In this document: positions 1 to 14,189 of the stretch, piece after piece
Layout of the letters: every line of letters starts with the position of its first letter
Position numbering within the stretch: position 1 is the stretch's first letter
Assembly (NCBI RefSeq): GCF_028641065.1
Contig: NC_073381.1
Location: 81,716,001-81,780,000 of the forward strand
Length of the DNA stretch: 64,000 nt
Direction of reading: 5' to 3'
Origin: Leucoraja erinacea
Lineage: Eukaryota
The notes under the pieces: model-generated
The model's input: the letters and a program-made list of their open reading frames with translations, nothing else
Databases searched by the model: none
What the model was told of the DNA's origin: nothing
Position numbers and translations under genes: made by a program

Positions 1-829
1 GAGCTCTTGAATTACCTCGTACCATGGGACAGGCCCTTAATTCTCTCCACCGCCGACCCACCAAGTAAGTGGATTCTCAACATCACCCTTCTGAAATGCC
101 TTGCCCAGTACAGACTCTGTTTTAAAATAATAAATGCTCCAATATCTTAAGTTTCTTTAGCTAACTTTGAAAGATTTATAATTGACAGTTATCCAAAAGA
201 AACAAATCGCATGAAGTCTTGCTACCATGTCTCAGACATTTGTTTTATCCACATAAGAATGTATTTACGTGATGCTCATAAAACAGATTAGATCATCAAA
301 TTCGCAACACAGCAGGATGGCCCAAGAATAGACAAGAGATAATAAAGTTGACAAACTTATATGGATTTTCTGCTATTATCTGATAAACTGTTGGAAATAT
401 ACACTGAGATCACTGATGAAGGATCTCTGGCATTTACTTAAATGAGGAACAGAAATTCAAGTCAGTCACAATGACTGGCCTCCTTCAATTTCTTAAGGAA
501 ATATCAGATAAATATGAGAAATATGAACCTGTGCACATCGGTTTTCAGCATGTGGTGTGATACCTTGATTGTGTGTCATTGGACTAACTGCCAGAAGTCA
601 AGACTATTGATCTGAAGACCAAGGCTATTGAAACAAAGACACATTTGAATCCCACTATGGGGTATTTACACAAATCAAGCAATTAAGTAAATATCAAAAG
701 TGAGACTTCATAACCACAAAGCTGGTGGATTATTATAAAAAACTACTTAGATCATTAATATCTTTCAATAAATCTGCTGCCCTTACCCAGTCAGGCCCTG
801 TGTGTGACTCATACCCACTGATGTAAAAT

Positions 830-1720
830 TCTTAAAGGATTGGACAGGCTAGATGCAGGAAGAATGTTTCTTCCAAAGGAGACAGCAGGATATAGATCAA
901 GTGAAAATTTGGTGGTGAAATAGCAGATAGAATTTAATCCAGGCAAGTGTGAGGTGGAGTATTTGGCAAGATACTGGAGTGCCAGTCCATAGTACCTTGG
1001 AAGTGGCACGATAAGTGGATAGGGTGATAGAGAAGGCATACAGCAATTAACTTAAAAATTGTCAAGTCATGCTGCAGCTGTATACAACTTTGACTGTGCG
1101 ATATTCAGTGCAGTTCTGTCTGCTGTTTTACAGGAAGAGTGTGGAGGTTTGGAGAAGATGCAGTAGAAGTTGGTATCTGAAATGAAGAGGATTAGCTAGA
1201 AAAAGTTAGATTGTTTTGCTGGCTTGTATTAGATTGAGGGGACGACCTGATATAAATGTGTGAAATTATGAGAGACATCGATAGGGTAAATGGTCAGAAT
1301 CTTTTTGCCAGGATAGAAACATCAAAAATATGAGAGGGACAAGATGTAAAACAAACCTGACGGGCAACTTTTTTCACTGAAAATGGTGAGTATATGAAAC
1401 AAGATGCCAGAGAAGGTAGTTGAGACAGATTCTATAGCATCAGTTAAAAGACACGTAGACAGGTACTTGGAAAGGCAATGTTTAAAGGGATATGGCACAT
1501 AGAGCAGCAAATGGGACTAGCGTCGATCGGGCTTCTCAGTTTGCATGGACAGGTTGGTTCGAAAGCCTTGTTTCCTGGCTGTACGACTCTCTGATTCTAT
1601 GTGAGGGCACAGATTTAATGGTGAGAGAGTGAAAGTTTAAAAGAAAATTTAAAGCAAGGTTTTTTTTCACACACGGTGGTAGATGCCCAAAATGCATGAT
1701 TGGGGAAGTAGTTGAAACAG
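830..1720 (+). mobile_element. Degraded CR1-type LINE 3' fragments
   Basis: Decayed motifs such as gaatttaatccaggcaagtgtgaggtg and agagaaggtagttgagacag, shared with the other CR1 copies in the window. Confidence 0.65.
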
Positions 1721-2409
1721 ATATGAAAGCAATACAGAACATAAAATAGTACGGCACCGAAACAAGCCCGTCTGGCCACAATGTCTGTGCTGAACAAGAT
1801 GCCACGACTAATTCTTATCTGTGATCAATGTTTAAGCAGCATTTAGACAGACACATGAACAAGCATGGAATAGGGGGATATGGACCTTGTGCTGGCAGAT
1901 TGGCATCATGGTTTAGTGCAGACATGGTGGGCTGCAGGGCCTGCTCCTGTGTACTTTCTATGTTAATTAATAGGAATCTTTTTTGCTTATCTGTTTTTAC
2001 TAAAAAAAGAGCAACAAAATGATGGCAGCTATGTTTGACTCCATCCATTTGGCAAAAAAACTATGAGCTAGACTAAAAAAAAATACAACCATCTGGATGT
2101 TTTAGTCAGTCGAACATCTGTTGTGATGCAAACTGTGATTGAGGCAATGAGTGACCTGCAGCTAACATCCAGTACCGGGGCAGCAACAGTCATAGATAGT
2201 CTCAGGATTTTTCAAATTCTCCAGACATGATGTAACCCTGCCCTTTAGGGGTGATGTCATGAAATGGAAATAAAGCACAATTATGCAGCTCTCTCTATCT
2301 TATTTTAAAAAGTTGAAGCTCAAGTGAAAAGCATGAAAAATGCACGCTGGAAATAGAATCGTTGGGTCAGTCAAAGGGTCATAGAAAGCAATTTACCAGG
2401 ATGCCTCAC

Positions 2410-2830
2410 AGCTTGGTTTCAGAACAGCTCCATCCAAGACTCAAGAAAATGCAGTGATTTGTGGACACAGACCAGACCATCACACAATCCAACCTCCCTT
2501 CTATTGACTCAATTTATACCTCACGCTGCCTCAGCAAGGCCAGCAGCATAATCAAGGTCGAGTTGCACCCTGGCCACTCCCTCTTCTCCCATCTCCCATC
2601 AGGCAAAAGGTATATAAGTGTGAAAATGTACACCTCCAGATTCAGGGACAGCTTCTTCCCAGCTGTTATTGGATACCTGAATCATCCTACCACAACTAGA
2701 GAGCAATCCTGAACTACTATCTACCTCATTGGTGACCCTCGAATCATATATTGTCTTTCCGCTGACTGGTTAGCATGCAACAAAAGCTTATCACTGTAAC
2801 TCGGTACATGTGACAATAAACTAAACAACA
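2410..2830 (+). mobile_element. Rex/Babar-type LINE 3' end
   Basis: ORF 2461-2712 HPGHSLFSHLPSGKRY...TSRFRDSFFPAVI is the typical Rex1/Babar C-terminus, followed by a 3' UTR ending gtgacaataaa. Confidence 0.75.
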
Positions 2831-3199
2831 AGAGCAACGCAGTAAAACAATCTTTTGAACAAGAAAGTACGTTAATCAGTAAGAATGGATGAAATTTTGA
2901 TTTTACAAAACTACTCTGACTTTTATCATTTTGGTTATAGAGCCGCAAACCTCAAAGCACAGCAACAAGCCCTTCGGCCCCATCGTCCATGCTACACCTC
3001 GCATTTAATTAAAATGATTTAATCTCCATCAACCATTCCTTGGCCATTAGCCCAATTGATCAGGACCCCATTGTAATCATGCATAAGCTACTTCACCTTC
3101 CACTGTACCACAAATTTTAATGTCATTAATAAACTTATTAACCATGCCACTTGGATTCACATTTAAATCATGAATATAAGGAATAGTCAGAGTCCCACA

Positions 3200-4260
3200 G
3201 TGTAGAAACATGCCCTTCAGCCCAACTTTTCCACACTGACCTGCATGAACCATCTACACTAGTCCCACCTGCCTGCGTTTGGTCCATGTTCCTCCAAACC
3301 TATCCAATCCATTTACCTATCTAAATGCCTCAACTACCTCCTCTGGTAGCTCCTTCCACCCACCACCATTTGTGTAAAATAGTTGCCCCTCATTGTATTA
3401 TTAAAACTTCCCCCACTCACCTGAACCCTATGTCCTCTGGTTCTTGATTCCCCAAGTCTGGTGTTTACCCTATCTAATCTTCTCATCATCTTAAACACCT
3501 CTATAAGATCACCCCTCATTCTCCTGCGCTCCAAGGAATAAAGTCCCAGCGTACTCAACCTCTCCCTATAACTCAGGCCCTTGAGTATAGGAGGATTTGA
3601 GTATAGGAGTAAAGAGGCCCTTCTGCAGTTGTACAGGGCCCTGGTGAGACCACATTTGGAGTATTGAGTGCAGTTTTGGTCTCCTAATTTGAGGCAAGAC
3701 ATCCTTACTATTGAGGCAGTGCAGCGTAGGTTCACGAGGTTAATCCCCGGGATGGCGGGACCGTCATATGAGGATAGATTGGAAAGATTGGGCTTGTATT
3801 CACTGGAATTCAGAAGGATGAGAGGGATTTTTATAGAAACGTATACAATTATAAAAGGACTGGACAAGCTAGATGCAGGAAAAATGTTCCCAATGTTGGG
3901 GGAACCAGGGTCTCCAGTCTAAGAATAAAGGGGAGGCCATTTAAAACTGAGATGAGAAAAAACTTTTTCACCCAGAATTGTGAATTTATGGAGCTCTCTG
4001 CCACGGAAAGCAGTAGAGGCCAATTTACTGGATGAATTTAAAAGAGAGTTAGATAGAGCTCTAGGGACTAGCGGAATCAAGGGATATTACTGATTGTGGA
4101 TGATCAGCCATGATCACAATGAATGATGGTGCTGGCTCCAAGGGCCAAATGGCCTCCTCCTGCACCTATTTTCTATGTTAACATCCTAGTGAATCTTTTC
4201 TGCACGTTTTCCAGCTGAACAACATATTACCTATAACAGGGTGACTAAAACTGAATATAA
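3200..4260. mobile_element. Two nested CR1 3' fragments in opposite orientations
   Basis: Plus copy VQRRFTRLIPGMAG..YEDRLERLGLYSLEFRRMRG (~3582-4178) lies inside a minus copy LSYRERLSTLGLYSLERRRMRGDLIEVFK. Confidence 0.8.
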
Positions 4261-4948
4261 TTCTCCAGATGTGGCCTCCCCAATGTCCTGTACAACTTTA
4301 ACATAACCTCCCACTTATCAATTGTATTTGAGTTCGACTTGATTGCACTTGATTGTATTTATGTACGGTAAACCTGATCTGTTTAGATAGCATGCATAAC
4401 AAAGCTTTTCACTGTACCTGTGACAATTCACTGTACATGTAAATTTAAACCCAAGAATTAAACAATAACTCTTCCATTCTCCACCAAAGTTGCCTGAATT
4501 AATGAGTTTCTCCAGCATTTTTGTTTTAATTGAGTTCAAGTGTACAAGTGTTTATGCAGGTCACGCAGGCAGAGGTAGTTTCCTGTCTTAACGATTTAGA
4601 GGTAATTTCCCGATGCATTAATCGGTCGGAGCATTGAGTATAAGAGTTGGGATGATATGTTGGATCTTGTGTAGGCAGAGCAGATAGTTTAACTTGGCAT
4701 CACGTTCAGCACAGATATTGCGGCTAAAGGGTCTGTTCCTGGGCTGTTCTGATTTATGTTCTATGTATAGTTCCCTCATAAAAATGAATGGGAGAAATTG
4801 ATTGTTAAGATAAAATAGAACTTTTCATTTGACAGCTGGTGAGTCTTGTTCGGGTTTCAGTGACTGTGAAAGTCATTCTGTAGTTGTTGCCCGCTCCTTT
4901 CATCGAGACTATCTCATACTGTACACTGACAATGACAATAAATTGAAT

Positions 4949-4976
4949 CATTTCATTTCATTTCATTTCATTTCAT
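4949..4976. repeat. (CATTT)n microsatellite, tail of a short retroposon end
   Basis: catttcatttcatttcatttcatttca follows gacaatgacaataaa. Confidence 0.85.
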
Positions 4977-5252
4977 GAGTGCATTGCACCCATGGACAAG
5001 GTACTTCACCTTCCACTGTACCACAAATTTTAATGTCATATAAACATAACCCATGCCTTGGAACATTTAAATACTATACGAATTCAGAGTCCCACAGTTG
5101 ACAAGAGCCAGGTACCTGATTGATGACTACATCTGGGCCATATAGCAAGAACAACTGTACCTTAAGTGCAAGAGACAAGGGATCTTGAGGCAGAAGATCT
5201 GTTCTGCAAGGTGCTCATTCCCCAGTACATGCAAGGACTGTGCAAGGTCATA

Positions 5253-5462
5253 CATTGCCCTCCATGTTTGGGACAAAGACCCATCATTTATTAATCGCCT
5301 CTGTACTCCACAATTTGAGATTTGTAACAGAAAAAAATCACTTGTGGTTAAAGTGCACATTGTCAGATTTTATTAAAGACAATTTTTATACATTTTGTTT
5401 TCATCATGTAGAAAATTACAACTGTGTTTATACATAGTCCCCCTATTTCTGGGCACCATAAT
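5253..5462 (+). mobile_element. Tc1-like DNA transposon terminal fragment
   Basis: TA followed by cattgccctccatgtttgggacaaag...gtccccctatttctgggcaccata resembles a Tc1 long terminal inverted repeat. No partner end was found. Confidence 0.45.
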
Positions 5463-6379
5463 CTTCAAGTAAGCAGCTCTTTATCACCATCTCTATATTA
5501 ATCAGGGATGGCCAATAAATTATGACTATGACAATAACGGCCATAGTCCAATGAGAAAAAATAGGTAAACACTTTATCAAGGCTGAAATTGATAATTTGC
5601 ATTGTGTTTTGTGAAAGTATGTTAATTAAAAAAATGGCCAATTAGTTTAAATGTCACACTGCGCAATCCTATCAAATCTAGGAATCTCTCAGTTGTGAAC
5701 AAATTGAAGATCATCAACCTTAAATGTTAACTATTGTTCTCTCTGAAGTTGCTGCCTGATCTGCCATGCATTTCCCGCATTGTGTGCTTTTATTCCAGTT
5801 TTTGCAGGGTTTTTTTTTAATGTTCCTATCAAATCAAGGCTCTATAAGAATGTTTATCAATTCTCACAATGGAGATGAAAAATTAAATTATTTCAAATTT
5901 TATACATCAGCGCAATGAAGCTGCTGCCACTTAACTTCATTACTGAAATGTTTTTAAATGTTTGTTACGTTGATTTGAAAATATTCTCTAGAATCTGTTT
6001 TCAACAAAGCTGTATGATGACCCCGATTCAGATTGATCCTTTCTCCTGAATAATATATGGAAGCTTTCAACTTAAAATCCTACACCAATGTTATAAGCTT
6101 CTTTCAAGAATAAAAGATGCACAATAGAGAAAAATCAATACGATAATTTGAAACCACAATGACCGACTAATGATAAAAAAGTAACTTAGCAGAAATTATC
6201 GGAGTAATGAGCCAGATAATATTTAATGAGGCATTTAAGAGGGTTTAGAATAGGCACATAGATATGCAGGGAATGGAGGAATATGGATCACATACAAGCA
6301 GAGGATAATAGCTTAATTTGGCTCATGTTTGGCGTAGACATTGTGGTCCGAAAGGCCTGGTCTAATGCTGTGGTTTTCG

Positions 6380-6710
6380 ATGTGCAGGAAATAACTGCAG
6401 TTGCTGGTTTAAATCGAAGATAGACACAAAATGCTGGAAGCATTTATGGAGAGAAGGAATGGGAGACCCTTCTTCAGAATGACTTTTCTAACTTCAAATA
6501 GCCCTTGCTTTCCCTCTCTGTCCATCCCCTCCCCCTTTCCAGTCCTCCTACCAGTCTTACTGTCTCAGACTACATTTTATCTGTGTACCGCACACTCCCC
6601 TGACATCAGTCTGAAAAAGGGTCTCAACCTGAAACGTCACCCATTCCATCTCTTCAGAGATGCTGCCTGTCCCGCTGAGTTACTCCAGAATTTTGTATAT
6701 ATCTGTGGTT
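6380..6710. mobile_element. Penelope-like pseudo-LTR (partly inverted) with a degenerate hammerhead core at 6611-6638
   Basis: ctgaaaaagggtctcaacctgaaacgtc followed by the recurring gatgctgcctgtcccgctgagttactccag unit, preceded by an inverted partial copy. Confidence 0.65.
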
Positions 6711-7077
6711 TTCTACTGTATGTTCATTCGGTGTCTACTACTGTAGAAAGTTATGTTTATGTGAAATAAACAGAAAATCATTGAATTAATCAACAGGCCC
6801 AGGCATTTACTGTGGACAGAAAAACATAAATAACATTTCAAGTTGATGACCTTTAGTCGGAACACATTTACAGGAATACCCAAGCCAATACAATTGCTTT
6901 TGCATCATTATTCTAGTATTCCTGCTTATGTGACTCTTGTTCAATTTATGATGACTGTGTCTTAATCAGATGACTGTGATCTTACAAAAAAGTAAAGGTT
7001 CTTGGCACTAAATTACCATCCAAATACACATATCATCAAAAGGACATACATTTATATAGGACTCTGCATGACCACAG

Positions 7078-8170
7078 ATAAGGCTGCTCTAATTAATCAA
7101 TTTTTCGAAAGAAGTGATTAATGATTAATCACCCATGATTAATTGATAAAATGACTAAATTCCTAAACTCTCTCTTTTCTAGAGCTAGTACTAGAATAGA
7201 AGGGTATGAGAATTCCTTGCTTCGTCAATAAATGTTTGACAACTTTTCAGGCAGTTTATCCAGTAAAACTGAGCAAAAACATAAACATAATCAGTTAAAT
7301 GTTTCAGAAAATTTTGAACAGTAAAATGTCGAATAAGTGGATTGATTTTCAGGGGAAGAAGTCGGACGTTTGACACAACTTCCTTGTGATCAAAAACGAT
7401 AGCAAGTCCAAGTATTGTGAAATATTTCAAATATCAGCCCATCATCATTCAAATATCATCTGGAACACAAACATGCCTTCAAATTTGACCTAGTGTCTTC
7501 AAATAAGTCAGTTGGCATTCCATCCTGCACAAATCAGGGAACAATTATTTTGCATTTCAAGAAGTCAACAGAAAAAACCCAAATTTATTATTGCAGATTT
7601 AGACAGAATTCCGGTTGCAACTTTGGCCAAAAGTGTCGACATCAAGAATGCCAAAACCAGTGGTGTCATATTCAAACCCACAAGACATTTTGAAGGTAGT
7701 GAAGCACAAAATGGCTGTCCTGGAAAGCACATCAAAACACCAGAGTACATGTGAAAAAGTGTAGAAAGCACTCATGACAATTCCTCCTGGCTCAGTTGAA
7801 TCTGAAAGATGTTTATGTGGGTAGCTTTTATTTGCATACACAGTTATTTATTGTAAGTTGGTATATTTAGTTAGATAGTTAGATAATACTTTGGGCTTGG
7901 CTTTCTTGGGCTTTGGGCTTGGCTTTCTTAGTTGAGAGCTTATCCTGGAGTTATAGCACAAGTATTTTGTTTTCTATTTCTAATTTTGTTTTTTTAACAT
8001 TTTACCTAATGATAGTCTAAAGTAGGTTGACATTTGTGAAATAAAGGTACACGCAAAGAAAGAATGAGCATTAATTTGAAAATGACAAAAATTCTACTTT
8101 GAAAATTAATAATTTTAATCAGAGCAAAGTGATTCATGATTAATTACTTTTTCAAAATTAATCAATTTTC
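7078..8170 (+). mobile_element. Heavily degraded hAT-like element with a BED zinc-finger remnant
   Basis: gattaatc-rich subterminal repeats at both ends. An internal remnant reads ..KYCE..SSFKYHLEHKH across frameshifts (~7405-7475). Confidence 0.35.
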
Positions 8171-8629
8171 GAATGTGTTTGCATTGAATGAATGCATTTT
8201 CGAGGTGCTAGTACACCAAACCAGCACTTACCATCACATAAAAAAGTAGTGCATTAGAGTAGGCAACCCCTGTGTTATGACGATTTGGGTTACAGAAATT
8301 TGCTTTTAGAGAATTCATAAATCACCATTAAAAAAAAGTGAGATATGGAATGAAATTTGATCTCATGGAATTTGTGTAAAAAGTAAATAAATCAACATTT
8401 GCTGCCAACTTATGTTTCCTGACACATGCAGTTGACATAGTTTCACATAACAAAAAAAAAAATCACAGTCAGTTTTCCAGAAATGTGCCTTAGGTATAAT
8501 TACTGTCGAGGTACAAAACATCGCAGCAATCAATGTAGATAAATTAACAATTACATTTTTAGATAACAGTTTTGTGGGAAAATTACCTGCCAGAACACTA
8601 ACTCTGATGGGTGCCATAACATAATTTCA

Positions 8630-9565
8630 CTTCACAGAGCTGGAAGGAGTGCAGAGAAGATTTACGAGGATGTTGCCAGGACTTGATGGCCTGGGCTATA
8701 GATAGGTTGGACAGGTTAGGACTTTATTCCTTGGAATGCAGGAGGCTGAGGGTTGATCTTATGTGGGTGTATAAAATAATGAGGAAAATAGATTGGGTGA
8801 ATGCACAGAATCTTTTACCCAGGATAAAGGAATCAAGAACCAGAGCACATAGGTTTAAGGTGAGAGGGGCAAGATATATTAGGAACCTGAGGGGCAACTT
8901 TTTCACTCAGGGTGGTGGGTATATGGAATGAGGTGCAGAGGGGTAGTTTAGCTAGATTCTAAAACAACATTTGAAAGATACTTGAAAGATATGGATAGGA
9001 AAGGTTTAGAGCAAGTGTTGGCAACCTACAGCCCCCCGGGCTGAATGCGGCCCATAAGCCAAAATCATCCGGCCCGCAGGCATGTTTTTTTCCCCGTAAT
9101 TATCCGACCATCAGCTCCGGTACCTCCCGGGCCCGAGGCCGCAGCGCCCAGGCGCGGTGATGCAAGGAGGCCTGCTCTGGCGGCCGAGCATCGAGCTCTA
9201 GGTGTACCGCATCCTGCGCAAAGCCGCCGGCATGACCACGCACCTTCTGCGTCTGGGCTTCACTGTCGGGATTAAAGATCCGCGCGATGATCTTTGGTCG
9301 GGATCGGGGTTGTCAATAGGCTGGGGACTAGCGAGTATGAGTGGCGTCCTCGAAGGGGCGGGATCCATGTGTACATGTGATAGATGTGGCCCGCCATCCG
9401 CTCACAGACATGCGTCCTGGCCCCTATGCAGAACAAGGTTGCCGACCCATGGTTTAGAGGGCTATGGGCCAAACACGGGCAAATGGGACTAACTTAGATG
9501 GGGCATACTGGTCGGCATGGACGGGTTGGGCCGAAGATCCTGTTTCCATGCAGTATGACTCCGTG
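8630..9565 (+). mobile_element. CR1 LINE 3' end interrupted by a hAT MITE
   Basis: RLDRLGLYSLECRRLRVDL...SRTRAHRFKVRG. The 3' tail resumes after 9459. Confidence 0.8.
9012..9451. mobile_element. Non-autonomous hAT (Charlie-like) element, 440 bp
   Basis: 8-bp TSD GTTTAGAG (9004-9011 and 9452-9459); imperfect TIRs caagtgttggcaacct / aggttgccgacccatg. Confidence 0.85.
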
Positions 9566-10154
9566 ACTCAGTAAGAAAACAAAAATAATTTAATATATTT
9601 TGTTAAAGATAACAGTCCACTGGTACTACGCCGATGTATTTATAGAAGATTACATGTTAAAGCCTTAAAATGGAGTTTGAACCCAAGACCTTCTGAGCCA
9701 CATGTGAAAATACAATTGCTAAACCAGTGCAGACACCAGAAACATACAGATTATAAAATAAATGGTTACTTTCATCATTAATATAGAAGAAATAGGCCAT
9801 TAGGACATAAAATTAGCTTTAACAGTGTTTAGTTACATTTTACTAGGGATTCCTCTTACAACGATAAGTACAAAGGTCAGTGTGTAAACCCTGACTTGGT
9901 AGATTTTTCAACACTCCTTAAGCTAATCTCTCGTGAACCCCTCCAGACTAATCTTAAACTCTAATTACAAGATCATCTGTGCCTACACGGTCCCCTTCTG
10001 TCTGCAGTCTTCCAACTACACCAATGCATCTTACTGTCATTTTCGCTTTGTATTCCATCTTCTTTCTTTCTGATTTATTCACTATCTTGTTCAGGAGGCC
10101 ATTTCCCTTAATTCATTCTAATTTTCTGTCCACTTAACCTCATCTTACAGCTCC

Positions 10155-10885
10155 CATAGAATAGAATAGAATAACATTTATTGTCATTTGAACCTAAATT
10201 GAAACAAAATTACGTTTCTGCAGTCATACAAACAAGAAGGAAAAAAAAACCAAGACACACAATTAACACAATTTACATAAACATCCATCATAGTGAATCT
10301 CCAAACACCTCCTCACTGTGATGGACGGCAAAATCTTGTCCCTCCCTTGTTCTCTATTCTTCCGATATTAAAGCCCCCAGCAAGCGATGGTAAGTCCCGT
10401 GGCCATTGAAGCCGCGCCGGGCTATGTAAGGCCCCTCTCCAGGTCGTTTTTAACACCGCGATTCGGGCGGGAGAAGTTGCCATTGCGGGAGCTCCGAAAA
10501 GCGGTCTCCCATCAGGGACCCGTGAGCTCCTGATGTCACCATCCACAAGGCCTGCGGCTGGAGCCTCCAATGCTCCGAAGTCGGGTCGCATCCAAGCGCC
10601 ATCACAGCTCTCCACGCTCCGAAGTCGGCCACCAGATGGTGAGTCCACTGGCTCTGCGACTGGAGCACCAGGTCAATTCCAGTTGGAGGCCGCTCCACGG
10701 TGCTAGGCCCCAATAACAATGGAGACCCGACAGGGAAAGATCGGGTCCCCGTACAGGGAAGAGATTTAAAAGTTTCCCCCACCCCCCCACATATACACAG
10801 CTAAAAATAATATATAAACTGCACCCAAAACATGCACTTAACAGTACATAAAAAAAAAAAAACAGATGGACTGCAGAGGCCAATA
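10155..10885 (-). mobile_element. Unclassified GC-rich interspersed repeat, probably a retroposon
   Basis: GC-rich block in an AT-rich intron, ending on the minus strand in gacaataaa plus a (TTCTA)n tail like the Rex/Babar ends in this window. Confidence 0.45.
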
Positions 10886-13800
10886 GACATATTAACTGAC
10901 ATTATCAACCCTCTATTTTCACCTGTCTCTTGTTACTTTCAAGATTCCCGTTGATTAAGCAACCAAATGTTTTAATTACATCCCTCCGATACTTAATACA
11001 GAAAAGCAAGCTGGGGGAAGTGATGCCAAGAAAATATACTTATACCAAATTACAACAAATGTTAGCAATTTATTTGTTAATTTATTCATTTGGTAACATT
11101 TGCTTTTTTAAATCTTTGGCGGGTAAACTCACCTTTATTACAAGATGTCACACATCCAATTATTTCCCCTTAGAATCCTTCCCTTTTAAATGTGCGAAGG
11201 ATAGTGTTATGGGAATAGCGCCATCTGTGTACTCAAGATGGATCCTGAATAAAGATGGCTGAACCCAAGTCACGATTGTAAAGCGTCTGTTGGTTAGTTT
11301 TGAAGCTGTAATGGGGTAGTTTACAGTAAGGAAACATAACATTAAAACAGATAGGACGTGGTTTTTATTGATGTTAGTTGCCTGGATTGGTATACAAGCA
11401 AGGCATTCAGCTGTCAGTATAGCAGTATCTGCTCCGGGCCTCAGCCAGTACCTCTGGAACTGAGAGGCAGTTCTCCACCACGTACATGTTTGAGTAACTG
11501 CATCCTCTGTACTGAGTCAGCTTCAGGTTTCCACTAAACTTAATTTGTGTTATCAAAGAATCTTCTGCAAACCAGTGTATCCAGGAGCATAATATAATTT
11601 ATTCATTTATTTTTATTTCCATTAAATGTGTTCTTTTGGGATATTTATAAACAGTAGACATGCAGATTTTAAAATCTTGATTTTCATTGAAAATCTCTAT
11701 TTTTAGTGCTTTGGAAATCAGCATTAAAATGATGCCAGCAAACAAATGAGTGTACACGCGCATTTTATTACTAAACCATGTAATCTTATGTTACATTTAT
11801 CAAGCTATTAGGCATACTTGAAAGCATATCTGTAACCTGACCACATTCAATAATAAAAATTTGATCAAATATAATTTATATAATTGTTACATCTGGTATA
11901 GAAAGTCAAAAGGCAAAATATTAAGTTTACGGAATTAAATTACACAGTCACCGACATCCATTATGCGGAGTCCAGGCAGCTAATGCACTTAACCCATGCA
12001 GACATTTTTATGGATCATTTTTCAATGTATTGTCTAATATATTAAGGGAGGGCTAGTCAATCAGCAGTTCTTTGGAACAATTGTTTTGAAAAACCTCAAA
12101 ATCCCCATTATTTTCCTTGCTAAAATCATCTAATCTATTTCAGCAACAATTGCACTGATGCATTCTAGTCCAGTATTTTTTTGCCAAAAACAACAGTTAG
12201 TTAGATTTCTCTTGATAACGCATCAGAACAATTGATTGAGCTGTACAAGGAAATGTGGACGATCTATATCCAGATTAGTTGCACTTGTCGTTTCGCCATT
12301 ATAGTTAGACTGTTTCATGATTAGACCCAAATAATGGCCACAATACTAGATGTAGGTGCAGATCAAATTTGTATTTGAGAAGGCTCTTTACTTATTAACA
12401 CATATCCGCTCCCACCCTCTGTCGCTCTCTCCATCTATTTTCTCCCCCACCTGAGTCCATCTGCCCCACCTGAGTCCAGCTGTTGTCCCACCCCTCACTG
12501 ATATAGGTTTCCCTCTCAACACTCAAGCTCTGACGGGAAAGATTACCCCGTCTTGACCGTCACACTGTTTTCAAGCTGCAGCTAAATGTTCAACTCTTGC
12601 ATTTCTTCCATTACTTTGTTGCGAAGGCCATAGAAGCCACGGGAAAATACTGTAAATGGCATTTTGCAGTTTTTTGTGGTTTTTCCACCAAAATTCTGAT
12701 GGAAATCCCAGAAGAACCAATGCAGAAATTCACCCAAGGTCTGATTTGTTGCTCTGCCATAATAATAGAAAATGATTCAGCATAACATTGCCTTCAGCAA
12801 CTCACTATATTTTGTGCACTATTTCAAATGAAATTGATTTATGGTAATTTACGAGCTTTTATAGTTCCATATCCCATCCCCCAAAGATTCCTATAGGGTT
12901 TCAAGATCCCTCATAAATCAGTTATAAAAACTGTCTATGATGAATGTACTTGTGCAAAAAGTTCCTGGAAGGAAATGAAATTGGAATCTCTTGCAAATCC
13001 TAAAGCAGTGATGGATTAAAATACTAATATAAGTATATTTCAAAATAAAAACAAATGTGGCCTATAAGGAAAGCAAAGCAATTAAGCATTCCCAAAAGAG
13101 GACAATGCTTCCAGCTGGTTTAACTCCACAGCTGAAAATCTAATTAGTAGAAGGGAAATTAAGCCATTAAGTTTAACATGACTTGGTTCCGTATTGATGA
13201 GTGGCCATTAGTCAGTAAATGAGTCTGAGCTTGCAGTGGTATTTGTTAAAAATACATGTCAGGTAAAATAGGTTGCAATTTTCCAATTTAAGTTTAAATC
13301 AGCACTCAAAAGCTCAGCCTCACCTTTGACAAAGATAAGTACTGCTGGACAAAAGAATGGATATATACCAATAATGCTACAAAAATATTAAACAAACACT
13401 ATTGGCCTTACACATGGCAACAGCATAACATGGGTTGAAACCTACAGGCTCGGTGAATGAAAACAGTGCAATGGATGCGGTGTCCATTGGGATGGAATAA
13501 ACACAGAGTTTTTATTCCCTGTTCCCTGTTCCCTCTCAGAAAAGGGAAAGCTGAGGCCTTCTTCCATTGAGTTATTCGAGACACAGGAAAGTTATATGCA
13601 TGAGGTTGTGCACTTGAAATGGCACATGACAATTTCTTGCATACAACTTCAAAAATAATTTTTTAATATTGCTTCATTCCAATTAAAGTCCTAATGTATT
13701 AATTTTAAATCAGTAACAAATGAAGAAACTTCCTTGTAAATCTCCTGAGTAATTATTTAAATTTACACAATAATGGAGCCGTGTTGACAATAAATTGTAT

Positions 13801-14189
13801 AGTAGCAATCACCCAATTAACTTTGAGAATGAAATTTCAAAATGCAGAAAGTGCGCATGGACAACTGATCAATTTACCTTTGCTTGTAGGTAAGTTGCAA
13901 GATAAGCAAGTCAGTCACAGCAGTAAACTACTGTCAAGGAAACTGATGGAAGATGCAAAACAAAATTAACGTGACGAGCGACTTCAAGAAATCTAAATTT
14001 GTGTAATTTTTTTTTAATGACTGGAAAGGTTACCAAACGGATTATTACTGAAAGAAATGCCACCCTTTAACTGAATCAAACATTAATATTAAAATAAATC
14101 AAGCCGCAATCAAAATTGTTTGGTGGTGATGATGTAGATCAGTACTTCTAGGCTTCCATTAAAAGTAATTTCTTGCGTCAATTTCTTGC

